Assembly (NCBI RefSeq): GCF_006345805.1
Contig: NW_021835384.1
Coordinates: forward strand, 1-41,267
Length of the DNA stretch: 41,267 nucleotides
Direction of reading: 5' to 3'
Source of the DNA: Octopus sinensis
Lineage: Eukaryota
In this document: positions 12,560 to 23,297 of the stretch, piece by piece
Numbering within the stretch: the first letter of the stretch is position 1
How the letters are laid out: the number at the start of each line of letters is the position of its first letter
The notes under the pieces: model-generated
Told to the model about the DNA's origin: nothing
The model's input: only the letters and a program-made list of their open reading frames with translations
Databases searched by the model: none
Translations under genes and position numbers: made by a program

Positions 12560-12785
12560 CATTGTTGTTGTGCTACTGCAGTTAAGTCACATCTGAACTC
12601 AGAGTAGATATACGACCAAAGACATTCCTACAGTGGTTACTACGTTGTTTTTAGGGATATATCAAAGGACTACATTATCCAATACTTTCTTTTGTTATTT
12701 ACAACGGTTGTGTGCATTTTGAGGACATTTAGCTGCTAATTCTTGTATGCTAGATGATCAGGCACAGGTCCTCTCGATAGGCTAT
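12560..12785 (-). mobile_element. old SINE-like interspersed repeat with (CAA)n-type tail
   Basis: Shares TTTGAGG...TTTAGCTGCTA.TTC with 20420-20640; both abut (GTT)n on the same side. Confidence 0.5.
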
Positions 12786-12825
12786 GGTTCATATATGTAT
12801 ATTATATATATATATATATATATAT

Positions 12826-13183
12826 ACAAATTGAGATAGGGGTTGTAAATGTCTCATTTATATCTATATTTTGACCAACCATAAAGGGCTAATATTGGTA
12901 AAATGAGACATAATTATCGACATGGCCGAAACAGCTGTAAGATCTAATTTATACTTATATTTATATTTACTTGTATTTATATTCTTTTTTATATATATTC
13001 TAATTATTATACAACATTACTCTTTTATGTACACTTTTTTATGTACATTCCTTTATGTACACTGATTGTTCTGCTTTTTATATTTAACCCTACAGTTCTT
13101 ATGTGGTGGTGGTTTAATAAAGTATGTGATGAGTATTATCTGGTAATTGATATTTGATTTAGATGTATTTCTCCATTTTCTAT

Positions 13184-13188
<5 letters not shown>
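12826..13188 (+). mobile_element. (TA)n-embedded Penelope-like terminal fragment with 3' half of a hammerhead motif
   Basis: Hairpin ATGTCTCATTT...AAATGAGACAT followed by GGCC GAAA CAGCTG TA (palindromic stem III) at 12924-12939; CTGANGA half missing; T-rich tail; (TA)n on both sides. Confidence 0.5.
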
Positions 13189-13224
<36 letters not shown>

Positions 13225-13225
<1 letters not shown>

Positions 13226-13597
13226 AACCCAATGATTCTGGGTTCAGTCCCAATGCGTGGCACCCTGGGCAAGTATCTTCTACTATAGCCTCAGACTGAC
13301 CAAAGCCTTGTGAGTGAATTTGGTAGACTGAAACTGAAAGAAACCCATTGTATATTTATGTCTGTGTAGCATGTATGTGTGTGTGGGGTGTATGTATGTA
13401 TGTAGCTGTGTCTGCACCCCACCATCACCACTTGACAACCGGTGTTGGGATTTTTATGACCCCCCCACCTAGCTGTTCGGTACAAAGACCGATAGAATGA
13501 GTACTAAACTTTAATAATAAGACCCGCTGTTGATCTGTTCGACAAAAATCCTTCAAGGTGGTGCTCCAGCTTGACAAGAGTCGAATGTCTGAAGCTT
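13225..13597 (+). mobile_element. family C SINE, 5'-truncated and diverged
   Basis: GGGTTCAGTCCC...GGGCAAGTATCTTCTACTATAGCC...GGTAGACTGAAACTGAAAGAA. Confidence 0.88.
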
Positions 13598-13819
13598 ATT
13601 AATGTTGTTAACAACAGAATTTAACGCCAGTAGGAAAAAAGAATAGCGGAAAGGGATCCTCTTGGATTAATCCTCTCCTAATTGAGGTGGGCTTTCCATA
13701 TACCCAACAGTTTTTCTACTGAACCAAGAAAATCATTTTCCTTTTATTCATGTTTTAATGAATTTGCTTAATGTTGGTGCCATTTAATCCATGCCTACTG
13801 TCCCTGGAATTTTTAGATG

Positions 13820-14255
13820 AATAACATTTTAGAAAACAGACAAGAAAATTAATTTTGAATGCAGTATAGCTGTGAAAACAGCAGAAAGATTGAGTATTTA
13901 CCCTTACAAGACGGAAAAAATAGCAATTACCAGCAGACGGATACAGGAAGCGAAACCGCATCTTTTAGATACCGACTGAGTGTTCTACCACTAGTCCAGG
14001 CAGCTCGCCAACAAGTAATTTTAAAGCTAAGTGATAGTTTTTCCAAATGCGACAATATTTCATAAAGAATGTTTGAAAGCGTCGAATATGTTTGACATTT
14101 TACAGACACGAAAGTAAATCTCGAGCTGTGAAAACAGCAGAAAGATTGTGTCCGGCAATATTTTCTGCCTTATAAGGGTAAATACTCAATCTTTCTGCTG
14201 TTTCCGCAACCATACTTCGATTACTTTCTTGTTTGTAAAATACCAAACACATTCG
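13820..14255. repeat. fold-back/MITE-like inverted repeat
   Basis: AAACAGCAGAAAGATTGAGTATTTACCCTTA (~13876) is the reverse complement of TAAGGGTAAATACTCAATCTTTCTGCTGTTT (~14173); extra direct copy at 14124-14148. Confidence 0.8.
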
Positions 14256-14971
14256 ACGCTTCCAAAGTTTGTTTCTAAAATGTTGACGCATTAAAACAAA
14301 AAAATCCTTCGGGTAATCAATCTACCCCTACACAGAAACTGCTTTTCTCTTTCACAATCTTGAGCAATTGTTTTGCTACTCAGTAACTGATATTTTCATT
14401 GAAACAAACCTTTATTCTCCCTCCTGTTCTCCTGAAAGTGAAGACATATTTTCTCTCAAGTTATCCCCGTATCGTCTGCACTAGTTTGGCTGTTGCAGCT
14501 TTCTGACATTGGTCATTAAACTTGTAGTTTTTGCAAGTTTGATTGTTTCTTTAGAATTCGGGTTTAAAGTGACGTTTCTTTGTTCATTGAGTAAATCACG
14601 TGTTGTTTTTGTTTTCTGGTTATTCTTTCATTTTTGGAATGTATTTGAAATACTTTGTGAGGTCTTGTAAGATATATCAACGATACTTAGCGCTTTGGAA
14701 TGAAATTCAGCCTTCTCCTGGATATTGTTGGTCTCAAGTTGCTTTGCAGCTGATAAAAGACAACCGGAAATATAGTTATACACAGTGGGAAGCTGGAATG
14801 AATTTCGGGTTAGAAAAAGTGTGTCAAGGCAGTTTCAAAGAGAACAATAATAAGTTCAACTTCGAATATCATGTTAATTAAAGAAATAGAGATACGAAAA
14901 TTAAACAAGCAAAGATTTATAAACACCAAGAAATTGACTAAATAGACATTGTACCACACACATACAAATTT

Positions 14972-15357
14972 TGATTTCAAATTTTGGCACAAAGCCAGAA
15001 ATTTCGGCGCAGTGGGTAAGTCGATTACATCGATCCCCAGCACCCGACTGGTACCTATTTTATCAACCCCGAGAGGATAAAGGCAAAGTGAAATTCGGCA
15101 CAATTTGAACTCTGAACGTGAAGATGGACGAAATACCTATTCCTTTACTACCCACAAGGGGCTAAACACAGAGAGGACAAAAAAGGACAGACAAACAGAT
15201 TAAGTCGAATATATCGACCCCAGGGCGTAACTGGTACTTATTTAATCGACCCCGAAAGGATAAAAGGTAAAGTCGACCTCGGCGGAATTTGAACTCGGAA
15301 CATAGCGGCAGGCGAAATACCTATTTCTTTACTACCCACAAGGGGCTAAACACAGGG
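14972..15357 (-). mobile_element. family M SINE tandem multimer (older short-tail unit plus long-tail units)
   Basis: Two ATA|GGTATTTCG junctions at 15137/15138 and 15321/15322 on the minus strand. Confidence 0.92.
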
Positions 15358-15777
15358 ATGATGATGATGATGATGATGATGGTCGTCGTCATCGTCGTGG
15401 TGGTGGTGGTGGTGGTGGTGGTAATGGTGGTGGCGGTGGTGCTGGTGCTGGTGGCGGTGGTGCTGGTGCTGGTGGCGGTGGTGCTGGTGGCGCTGCTGCT
15501 AGCGAAGATGGGAAGGGTGAAAGTGGTGGCGGAGGTGGTGGTAGTGGCGGTGGTGGTGGTGGTGGTGGATGGTAGTGGTGGTTGTGGTTTTGGTAGTGGT
15601 GATGGTGGTGGAGGATGGAATGGGTTGGGTTGGTGGTGGTGGTGGTGGTTGTGTAGGTAGTAGGGATCGTGGTGGTAGCGGTGGTAGAAGTAGCGATGGT
15701 GGTTGTGGTATTGGTGAGGCAGGTGGTGCAGTTGATGGTGGTGATAGCAGAAACAGCAGCTGCAGTAGGTCAGTGGC

Positions 15778-15822
<45 letters not shown>

Positions 15823-15931
15823 TGTGGTGGTGGTGGTGGTGGTAGTAGTAGAAGTAGTAGTAGTGGTAGTAGTAGTATGGTTGTTAGTGCTGGCGGTTGT
15901 TGTGATAGTAGTAGTGGTGGTGGTGGTGGTA

Positions 15932-16000
<69 letters not shown>

Positions 16001-16080
16001 TCTCTAATGAGAAACGTTGGAGGCGATAATAATGGTTGAGAAGAGTGACAGCAGCAGCAGCAACAACAACAGCAAGCATA
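15358..16080. repeat. compound trinucleotide low-complexity tract (GAT/GTG/GTA/CAG)
   Basis: Direct reading; source of the poly-V/L/P/T ORFs. Confidence 0.95.
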
Positions 16081-16208
16081 GAAGATAACAGGAGAGTATA
16101 GTAGCGATTTTCACATACGAGAGATCGATTCTTACCGATTCCTTCTATATACAGCCTTCACCTCTCTCTCCTACCTTTCTTCCTTTTGCCCATCTCTCTC
16201 TTCTCCCA

Positions 16209-16221
16209 ACACACACACACG

Positions 16222-16253
<32 letters not shown>

Positions 16254-16350
16254 CACGTACATATATACACACACACACGTACACACACACACACACGTAC
16301 ATATACACACACACACACACAACACACACACACAACACACATACACACAC
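16209..16350. repeat. (CA)n microsatellite
   Basis: Direct reading. Confidence 0.95.
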
Positions 16351-16596
16351 GTTGCACGTGATAACCCATCTTCCTACTCTGCTATCCACACAGCTGCGCT
16401 AATTTATGTTTCTTTCTCTCTTATAGAAATGAGGGTAATTCTTAAGAAATATAGCATTGAAGAAAATCGATAGATCGATTAATTAGAAAATACCGGTGAT
16501 TGTAATTAGAAGTATCTTTTTATATATTGTCATTGTTGTTGCTTACCATTACTGTTATTATTATTATTATTGTTATTATTATTATTATTATTATCA

Positions 16597-16838
16597 TTCA
16601 GCAGTTTCACTTTTTATAGCGTGCTTTCACTTCACTACCGAGCGCAGCTCTGTGTGCCTTGGATATGTGCTGTGATTTGTTGTGATGCTCTGATGGTTAT
16701 TTTATGGAAAGTGTTCTGCGTAGGATGTGTGCAGTGCCTAGTAGTGCAATTTTCTGTATGTTATATGTGTTTGTAGATGTTCTATTTCTATTTCTGATAT
16801 TTTTTTGCGTTGAGAATATATCTCCGTATATTTGTTAG

Positions 16839-16882
<44 letters not shown>

Positions 16883-17127
16883 CATTCAGTAGTTTCACTT
16901 TTTATAGCGTGCTTTCACTTCACTACCGAGCGCAGCTCTGTGTGCCTTGGATATGTGCTGTGATTTGTTGTGATGCTCTGATGGTTATTTTATGGAAAGT
17001 GTTCTGCGTAGGATGTGTGCAGTGCCTAGTAGTGCAATTTTCTGTATGTTATATGTGTTTGTAGATGTTCTATTTCTATTTCTGATATTTTTTTTGCGTT
17101 GAGAATATATCTCCGTATATTTGTTAG

Positions 17128-17130
<3 letters not shown>
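16597..17130 (-). mobile_element. two near-identical ~245-bp R4/Dong-type retroposon derivatives in tandem within (TAA)n
   Basis: Copies 16597-16841 and 16885-17130 (period 288); 3' ~180 bp encode ...YNIQKIALLGTAHILRRTLS and match 32497-32675; separated and flanked by (TTA)n. Confidence 0.85.
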
Positions 17131-17192
<62 letters not shown>

Positions 17193-17238
17193 CATCATCA
17201 GCATCATTTGTTGTTATTGTTGTTGTTGTTGTTGTTAA

Positions 17239-17455
17239 GGCGGCGTGTTGGCCGATTCGTTAAAGCGTCGGACAAAATGCTTAGCGGCATTTCTTCCCGT
17301 TTTATGTTCCAGGTTCAAATTCCGCTCGTAGAGACAACTTTGCCTTTTATCCTTCCGGATTCGATAAAATAAGTACCAGTTGAACACTAGGGGTTGATGT
17401 AATCGAATCAGCCTCTCCTCCGAAAATGCTGGCCTTCTGCCAAAATTTGAAACCA
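17239..17455 (+). mobile_element. family M SINE, short-tail variant
   Basis: GGCGGCGTGTTGGCCGATTCGTTA...GGTTCAAATTCC...AAAATGCTGGCCTTCTGCCAAAATTTGAAACC then (ATT)n. Confidence 0.9.
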
Positions 17456-17554
17456 TTATTATTGTTCAGTTCTATATTTAAGAGATGAGGAATCATGTAC
17501 AATAGTTACATTATTTACATTTGACGGATATTTGTCCTCATCTTGTTTGTTGTT

Positions 17555-17600
17555 AACACAACCTTTCGGCTGATATACTCTCCAGCCTTCATCAGGTGTC
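17555..17600 (-). ncRNA. minimal type-I hammerhead motif with canonical CUGAUGA core, inside a ~165-bp repeat (17465-17632)
   Basis: Minus: GACAC CTGATGA A GGCTG gagagtatat CAGCC GAAA GG TT GTGTT; stems I and II pair; expected GAAACGTT reads GAAAGGTT (one substitution). Confidence 0.7.
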
Positions 17601-17685
17601 TTGGGGAAATTTCGAACCTGGGTTCTCATTCCATTATTATTGTTCTTGTTCTATTTCCTCTTCCTGTTGCTTCTACTACTGCTGC

Positions 17686-17849
17686 TTTCTTCTTCTTCTT
17701 CTTCTTCTTCTTCTTCTTCTTCTTCTTCTTCTTCTTCTTCTTCTTCTTCTTCTTTCTTCTTCTTCTTCTCTTCTTCTTCTTCTTCTCTATACATATATAT
17801 ATACATACATAAATATATATATATACATATTTATACATATATATATATA

Positions 17850-17920
<71 letters not shown>

Positions 17921-17926
17921 ATATAT
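17686..17926. repeat. (CTT)n followed by (TA)n microsatellite
   Basis: Direct reading. Confidence 0.97.
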
Positions 17927-18106
17927 AGAAAATAGTAAAGCTTTACTATTTTCTATATATTCACCCACGTGCTTTCACAAACCAACTTTCTTATCTTTAT
18001 ATATATATATATATAATATATATATATCGTCAGTAGATCATAAACCCGAAAGAGAAGCATACTCTCCGTTATAGAGTGATTAAATCAAGATAGATATGGC
18101 CGGTCT

Positions 18107-18172
18107 ATGGAATTACCTTGGGTTTCACGCCCATAAAGCACTTAGCGTTACAGGGTTTCTTCAGACCCTCAT
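18107..18172 (-). ncRNA. hammerhead motif, downstream repeat copy
   Basis: ATGAGGGT CTGAAGA aaccctgtaa...ttatgggcgt GAAA CCCAAGG TA attccat; core intact, stems I/III mutated. Confidence 0.55.
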
Positions 18173-18767
18173 GGCCAGTGGCCTATAACCTCTATTGATA
18201 GTGAAGGGAGAAAAGACCTCGTAGCTACGTATCGAACGCACGGACAAAGGATTAAGCGAAAGTAACTGTCTCTCTTGGACAGCTATCCGAAGTCGACGTC
18301 GTTGGCTTGTGGATTCCAGGACTTCAGTAGAAATCTCCTGGAATGTAAGCAGGGCTTCGAAGATTTTCTGCCTTTCCGGGGTGAGAGATTTCTTTAATAT
18401 TCTCACCCGTTTAGCTCCGTAGAGCTTGCAACGCTTGCTCCCGCCGATGTAGGTACCTCGTTCTTCAAGGATCTTTGTACTTTTTTTGTCAATAGCTTTT
18501 ACATGGTTTGAAGCATAAGTGACACACAAAATTTGTAATTTAATGTGTGCTTCCAACAGGCGATGTCTGCGCCAGTCGCCACTCTCTCATCGCCATAAAA
18601 CTTTCAGTAGATGAAATGACAAATGCGATCAATATAAAAAGACATCTGTAGTCATTAGATTATAGTGAAATGTGCTTGCAGAACACGAATACCACTTTCT
18701 GAATCTTCGTGATTAATACTCTCCGTTATAGAACAGTAGAGTAATTAAATAAAGATATGGCCGGTCA

Positions 18768-18833
18768 ATGGGGTTACCCTGGGTTTCACGTTCATAAAGC
18801 ACTTAGCGTTACAGTGTTTCTTTAGACCCTTAT
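18768..18833 (-). ncRNA. hammerhead motif, upstream repeat copy
   Basis: GGGT CTAAAGA...GAAA CCCAGGG TA ACCC; stems I/III intact, core has G>A. Confidence 0.5.
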
Positions 18834-19140
18834 GGCTGGTGGCCAATAATCTCTATGGTGATGATGGTGGTTTTAGTGGCGGTGAGCCCAAGATTACCCT
18901 GATACAACTGAACTATATTGAAAGTTATTTCAAAAGTGACCATCACGTATTTTCTTCTTGCTGATTTTTTTTTTGTCTGCATCATTAGACATAATGTATC
19001 TATAACTACACAGATACAATATGTAATGCGTGTCTATATTTTTTGATGATCTAGAAAGGATAAAAGGCAAAACTAACCTCGTCAGGATTTGAACGAGAAA
19101 TGCAGACCAAAACACGATAGTCATTTTGCCTTATCTTTTA

Positions 19141-19375
19141 TGTTTTTCTTGTTTCAGTCATTGGACGGCAGCCATGCTGGGTCATTGCCTTGAAGAAATT
19201 TTGTCGAACAAATCGACCCTAGTATTCTTTTTAACCCTGATACTTATTCTATCGGTCTGTTTTGCCGGAACGTTAAGTGCCGGGGACATATAAAACTCCA
19301 CCACCGGTTGTCAAGCGGTGGTGGGGGACAAGCATAGACACAAAGACATACACATGTGTGTGTGTGTGTGTGTGT

Positions 19376-19415
<40 letters not shown>

Positions 19416-19698
19416 TTTCGAGCCTACGCTCTTCAACAGAATGGAGCACGATGAAATAAACAGAGAGAAATTTTAAAATCTTGTGGATTTAGCGATCAGT
19501 CATGACAACTCCATATATATATATATACGTACATATATGATGGGCTTCTTTCAGTTTCCATCTACGAAATCCGCTCAAAAGGCTTTGGACGGCCTGAGGC
19601 TATAGCAGAAGACAATTTCCCAAAATGCCATGCAGTGGAAAGGAACTTGGAAACATGTGGTTGGGAAGCAATCTTCTTTTCACACAGCCAAGGCTGCG
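19141..19698 (-). mobile_element. family C SINE, diverged, with internal microsatellite and insertion
   Basis: Tail CTTGTTTCAGTCATTGGACGGCAGCCATGCTG at ~19148; CTTTCAGTTTCCATCTAC and head CACACAGCCA at ~19548-19690. Confidence 0.85.
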
Positions 19699-20374
19699 TG
19701 TTATGTTCAAAATTTCAAAATTTCGCCATTATTGTTGCTTCTACTGCTGCTACTACTACTGATGATGATGCCACGAATATCAACACTACCATTGGAAGAA
19801 TAAGATAATGGAAATTGGGCAGGTTTCACCGTCTTATCACAAAGAACTGAGGGAAAAGATGAAAGCACCAATATCACTGGCATCTTCAAAGCGTATTCTC
19901 CCCAAACTACTACAAGATAGGAACAAACGAAAGAACGAACGAAATAAAGAAAGAAGAAAAGAAAGAAAGAAAAGCAGATAAGGCAGTCACTTATCGACTA
20001 AACTGATGGTAATCACGAATCGAATAACTGTTGAGTTTTGATTGGTTAATAGAGATAGCATGACGTGAAGACCTCGTATAATTAAAACTTCAAATTATTT
20101 GCTACACAGGGAAAGAGAAGCGAGGAAGATGGAAGATTTATGGTTGGAATTTTGAGAGTTGATTTATTATCTGGAATACAAAAAGCTGTCAAAATTAAAT
20201 AGTTCCAACGTGACAGAATGAAGACAATAACAATTTGCGTGTAGGAATAGTAGATAAGAGTTTGCCGCCAACAGCAAAATCAATAGAAATCAGAACCAAC
20301 GAGCTAATAGGAATTCTGAACAAAGAAGAAAGAGAATTCACTTTCTACTCCTCACCATTTTGGTTAATGATATC

Positions 20375-20408
<34 letters not shown>

Positions 20409-20419
20409 TTGTTGTTGTT

Positions 20420-20640
20420 GTTGTTGTTCAGCCCCAGGCCAACCATAGTCATGTAGACTCGTCGTCAAAACTTTTACAGCCGTGATCTTTCTGGTGATAT
20501 TTTAGGACATTCTTATACAATATCTGTTTTTTTTTTCCTTTTATTTTTTTCTAAAATGTAGAATGTGATTTGAGGAGAAATTTAGCTGCTATTCCAATCA
20601 GATCGAGCAAATGCGATGAGGTACCCTGAATGACTCGACT
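20420..20640 (-). mobile_element. old SINE-like repeat (same family as 12560-12785)
   Basis: GTGATTTGAGGAGAAATTTAGCTGCTATTCC shared motif; (GTT)n/(GCT)n on the tail side. Confidence 0.5.
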
Positions 20641-20687
20641 AGAATAATGTAGGTCCAACAGACGAATGTAACTTAAATCTATCACGT

Positions 20688-21243
20688 CTCTCGCGCCTTT
20701 TTCAAGCCTAGCCAGGCTCATGGACCCGGTTTCCCGGTTCGTGTGGCGTATGTGTTCCCCCCAGCTGGACGGGACGCCAGTTAATCTCAGCGTTACTCAA
20801 GAAACAGGAAGAAAGAGTGAGAGAAAGTTGGGGCGAGAGAGTACAACAGGGGTCACCACCACCTCCTGTCGGAGCCTCGTTGAGCTTTAGGTGTTTTCAC
20901 TCAATAAACACACACAACGCCCGGTCTGGGAATCAAAACCGTGATCCTCCGACCGCGAGTCCTCTGCCCTAACCACTGGGCCATTGCGCCTCCGCTGCGC
21001 CATTTTAGAGCCTAGCCAGGTTCATGGGCCCGGTTTTCCGGTTTCTATGGCGTATGTGTTCCCCAGCTGGACGGGACGCCAGTCCATCGCAGCGTTACTC
21101 ATTTTTGCCAGCCGAGTGGACTGGAGCAACGTGAAATGAAGTGTTTTGCTCAAGAACACAACGCGTCGCCCGGTCCAGGAATCGAAACCACAATTTTACG
21201 ATCATGATGTTGACACCCTAACCACTAAGCCATGCGCCTCCAC
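20688..21243 (-). mobile_element. heterodimeric family V SINE (head A monomer plus head B monomer) within one 14-bp TSD
   Basis: Monomers ~20996-21243 and ~20688-20995 share the tail CTGCGATGGACTGGCGTCCCGTCCAGCTGGGG...GAGCCTGGCTAGGCT; TSD TAAATCTATCACGT at 20674-20687 and 21244-21257. Confidence 0.92.
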
Positions 21244-21320
21244 TAAATCTATCACGTGAGCGCATATTTTTGATGAGCAAAATGAAGACATTGCTTTCGT
21301 AATTTCTGTTTCTTAATCAA

Positions 21321-21528
21321 AGGCGGTGAGCTGCTAGGATCGTTAGCAAGTCAGACAAAATGTTTAGCAACATTTTTTCGGGTCTTTACGTTCTAGGTTC
21401 AAATTATAGCGAGATCGTCTTGTCCTTTTGGGGTCGATAATATAAATACCAGCTGAACAGTGAAGTCGATGCAATTTATTTGCACCCCCCTCCGTTAAAA
21501 TTGCTGGCCTTGAGCCAAAATTTAAAGC
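21321..21528 (+). mobile_element. family M SINE, diverged
   Basis: AGGCGGTGAGCTGCTAGGATCGTTAGC...GGTTCAAATT...AAAATTGCTGGCCTTGAGCCAAAATTT. Confidence 0.85.
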
Positions 21529-21782
21529 CTGTGTTACATTTCATACCGTTTATTTTATGGACGTCTTTAGATTTTTCATTTCCATACATACATATACGAA
21601 TATATAAACTTATTTTTCAGTGAAATGTTTATTTTTCAGTGAAATGTTAATTTTTGTAATATATTCGTCTATATCCACACAGCATACACCCACTACTAAA
21701 TCAAATAATTCTCTATCTAACACAAAAAAAATACAGAACTTACATTGAAATACCGAAAGAAATACCATTAAACGCATGTAAA

Positions 21783-22046
21783 CATGGGACCGGGAACAGG
21801 GGGTGCAGGTGGTGCAAGCGCAACCCCTAGAATTTTTGTGGAGTGCAGAAGCAAAATTTGCAGCCCTACTTATTTTCCTCGGGTTTAGAAAACTGTAAAT
21901 AAAAAGTGATGTGTAAAAAGTAGCTTGAAGTTATATTCCTTCTCAAAGAACAAAACACAAAAATAACAAAAAAAAAAGACCTTGTTTGTAAATATTTTTG
22001 GACCTGGGTTTGCACCCCTTAAGCAAATTTCATTCCTGAGCCAGTG
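21783..22046. mobile_element. hAT-superfamily MITE with perfect 8-bp TSD
   Basis: TSD CATGTAAA at 21775-21782 and 22047-22054; decayed TIRs CATGGGACCGGGAAC / ATTCCTGAGCCAGTG; subterminal GGGGTGCA / TGCACCCC. Confidence 0.85.
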
Positions 22047-22059
22047 CATGTAAACCAAA

Positions 22060-22760
22060 GATGCCGTCTAACGCCATTCACTGTTGGCTCATAGATTATG
22101 ATAGAGAATCCTACTACAAGGATTTTGTTCAATCCATAGGCGTTAATTTGAAAACTGCAACCAATCATTTTAGACTGTATACACACAGGAAAGCGAGATG
22201 CTTTACGCAGAGGTGCTAAATGGAATGTGAAGATTGTTCCTGAGGTGCGTGCTTATCCATCAATCACTTCGCGAAATATAATTCAGGCGATGCATTTGAA
22301 CCTGCCGCAAAAACTACGAGTGATCGATAGTGGCTTTTCAAAAGCCTTAGATGGTATGATGATAACAAGAAAAAGGCCGGTTTTATTGCATGATGACAGA
22401 AATCGATCTGATATGATTGAACTGGTATTTGATAACTGCTATTATCCCTAGAAAACCAATAATTTTTCTGGGTGAATGCAACATTACCCTTCACACAACC
22501 AGCACTCTTGGCCAGATTCTCAGGAGCCAGTCCGCAGATAAAACTAGGATAAAGAGACAACAATCGTGGTATCATTATACTGAGCTGTATCAAAGATAAT
22601 TTCATTGTTAATATGCATAAAACGTAGCTCGTCATTTAACTAAACATTTTCAAAGCCACCCAAACCTGGAATATATTTACATAGTTGTTAATACACCTGT
22701 TCGTCATGTGATCAAAGATTCCATTTAAGACATTTCCAATTGTAAAAAAAACATCTGCTG
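22060..22760 (+). pseudogene. highly decayed Penelope-like reverse transcriptase
   Basis: Collinear motif remnants across frameshifts: EVRAYPSI (~DV.ALYPSI), MIELVFDNCYY (~LLELVL.NNYF), IKDNFIV (~YIDDIF), HPNLEY (~HPNIKFT), IPF-DIS (~IPFLDI). Confidence 0.55.
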
Positions 22761-22842
22761 ATGTATTCATCTATGCTTAATCCCATAGTAAAATGCTTCT
22801 CGTGCATAAAATACGCAATAAAAGCAGAACTTTATCTTCCAC

Positions 22843-23297
22843 ACAGTAAAACGAGTGGCCGCATCAAGGTGGCAGATGAAGGTTACTACTAGTTTAACCC
22901 CAGGCGGATTCTTCGCCAGCTGGTTTTCGGTGCAAGCTCTGCACCCTTTATTGTTTAGTACACGTTTTTGAGATTTCATAACAAGTTATTTTACTTGTTG
23001 CAAATCGGTGACCGATGGTCACTTTGTTTACAATATATCGCTGGCAGAAGTGGGTCTTTGCTACGCTTTACTGCGCAGGTGCGCGTGGCTGATGTTAGCC
23101 AAATAGCTCGAAACCGACCGGTCCTGCGACCCTGTCAGCTGTTTGAGGGTAGTAGGGTTTCTCTCCCCCTGCTTGCGATGTATTATACATAAAGAGTACA
23201 GAGCTTGCGCCGAAAACCAGCTGGCAGAGAATCCGAATAGGGTTAAACTAGCAGTAATATTTATCTGCCACTTTTATGTGGTTACTCGCTTTACTGT
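22843..23297. repeat. fold-back element with ~110-bp inverted arms
   Basis: Arms 22843-22953 and 23188-23297, e.g. GCCAGCTGGTTTTCGGTGCAAGCTCTG vs CAGAGCTTGCGCCGAAAACCAGCTGGC. Confidence 0.85.

Larger units (their letters stand above)
18059..18856 (-). mobile_element. element bounded by ~140-bp direct repeats, each with a hammerhead motif (Penelope pseudo-LTR / retrozyme-like)
   Basis: Direct repeats 18059-18195 and 18716-18856; internal ORF 18161-18556 with weak GIY-YIG-like words (TYIGGSKR, RILKK...KIFEALL, SLN). Confidence 0.7.

Noticed and set aside
14600-14881. 93-aa non-repetitive ORF
   Set aside because: Non-ATG start, no motif or splice evidence; cannot be supported.
15289-16079. Long ORFs (123-252 aa) rich in V/L/P/T/H
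   Set aside because: Translations of trinucleotide microsatellites open on both strands; no domain content.
16597-17130. Repeat-spacer-like pattern suggestive of CRISPR
   Set aside because: Units are ~245-bp retroposon pieces separated by TTA microsatellite; eukaryotic context, no cas genes.
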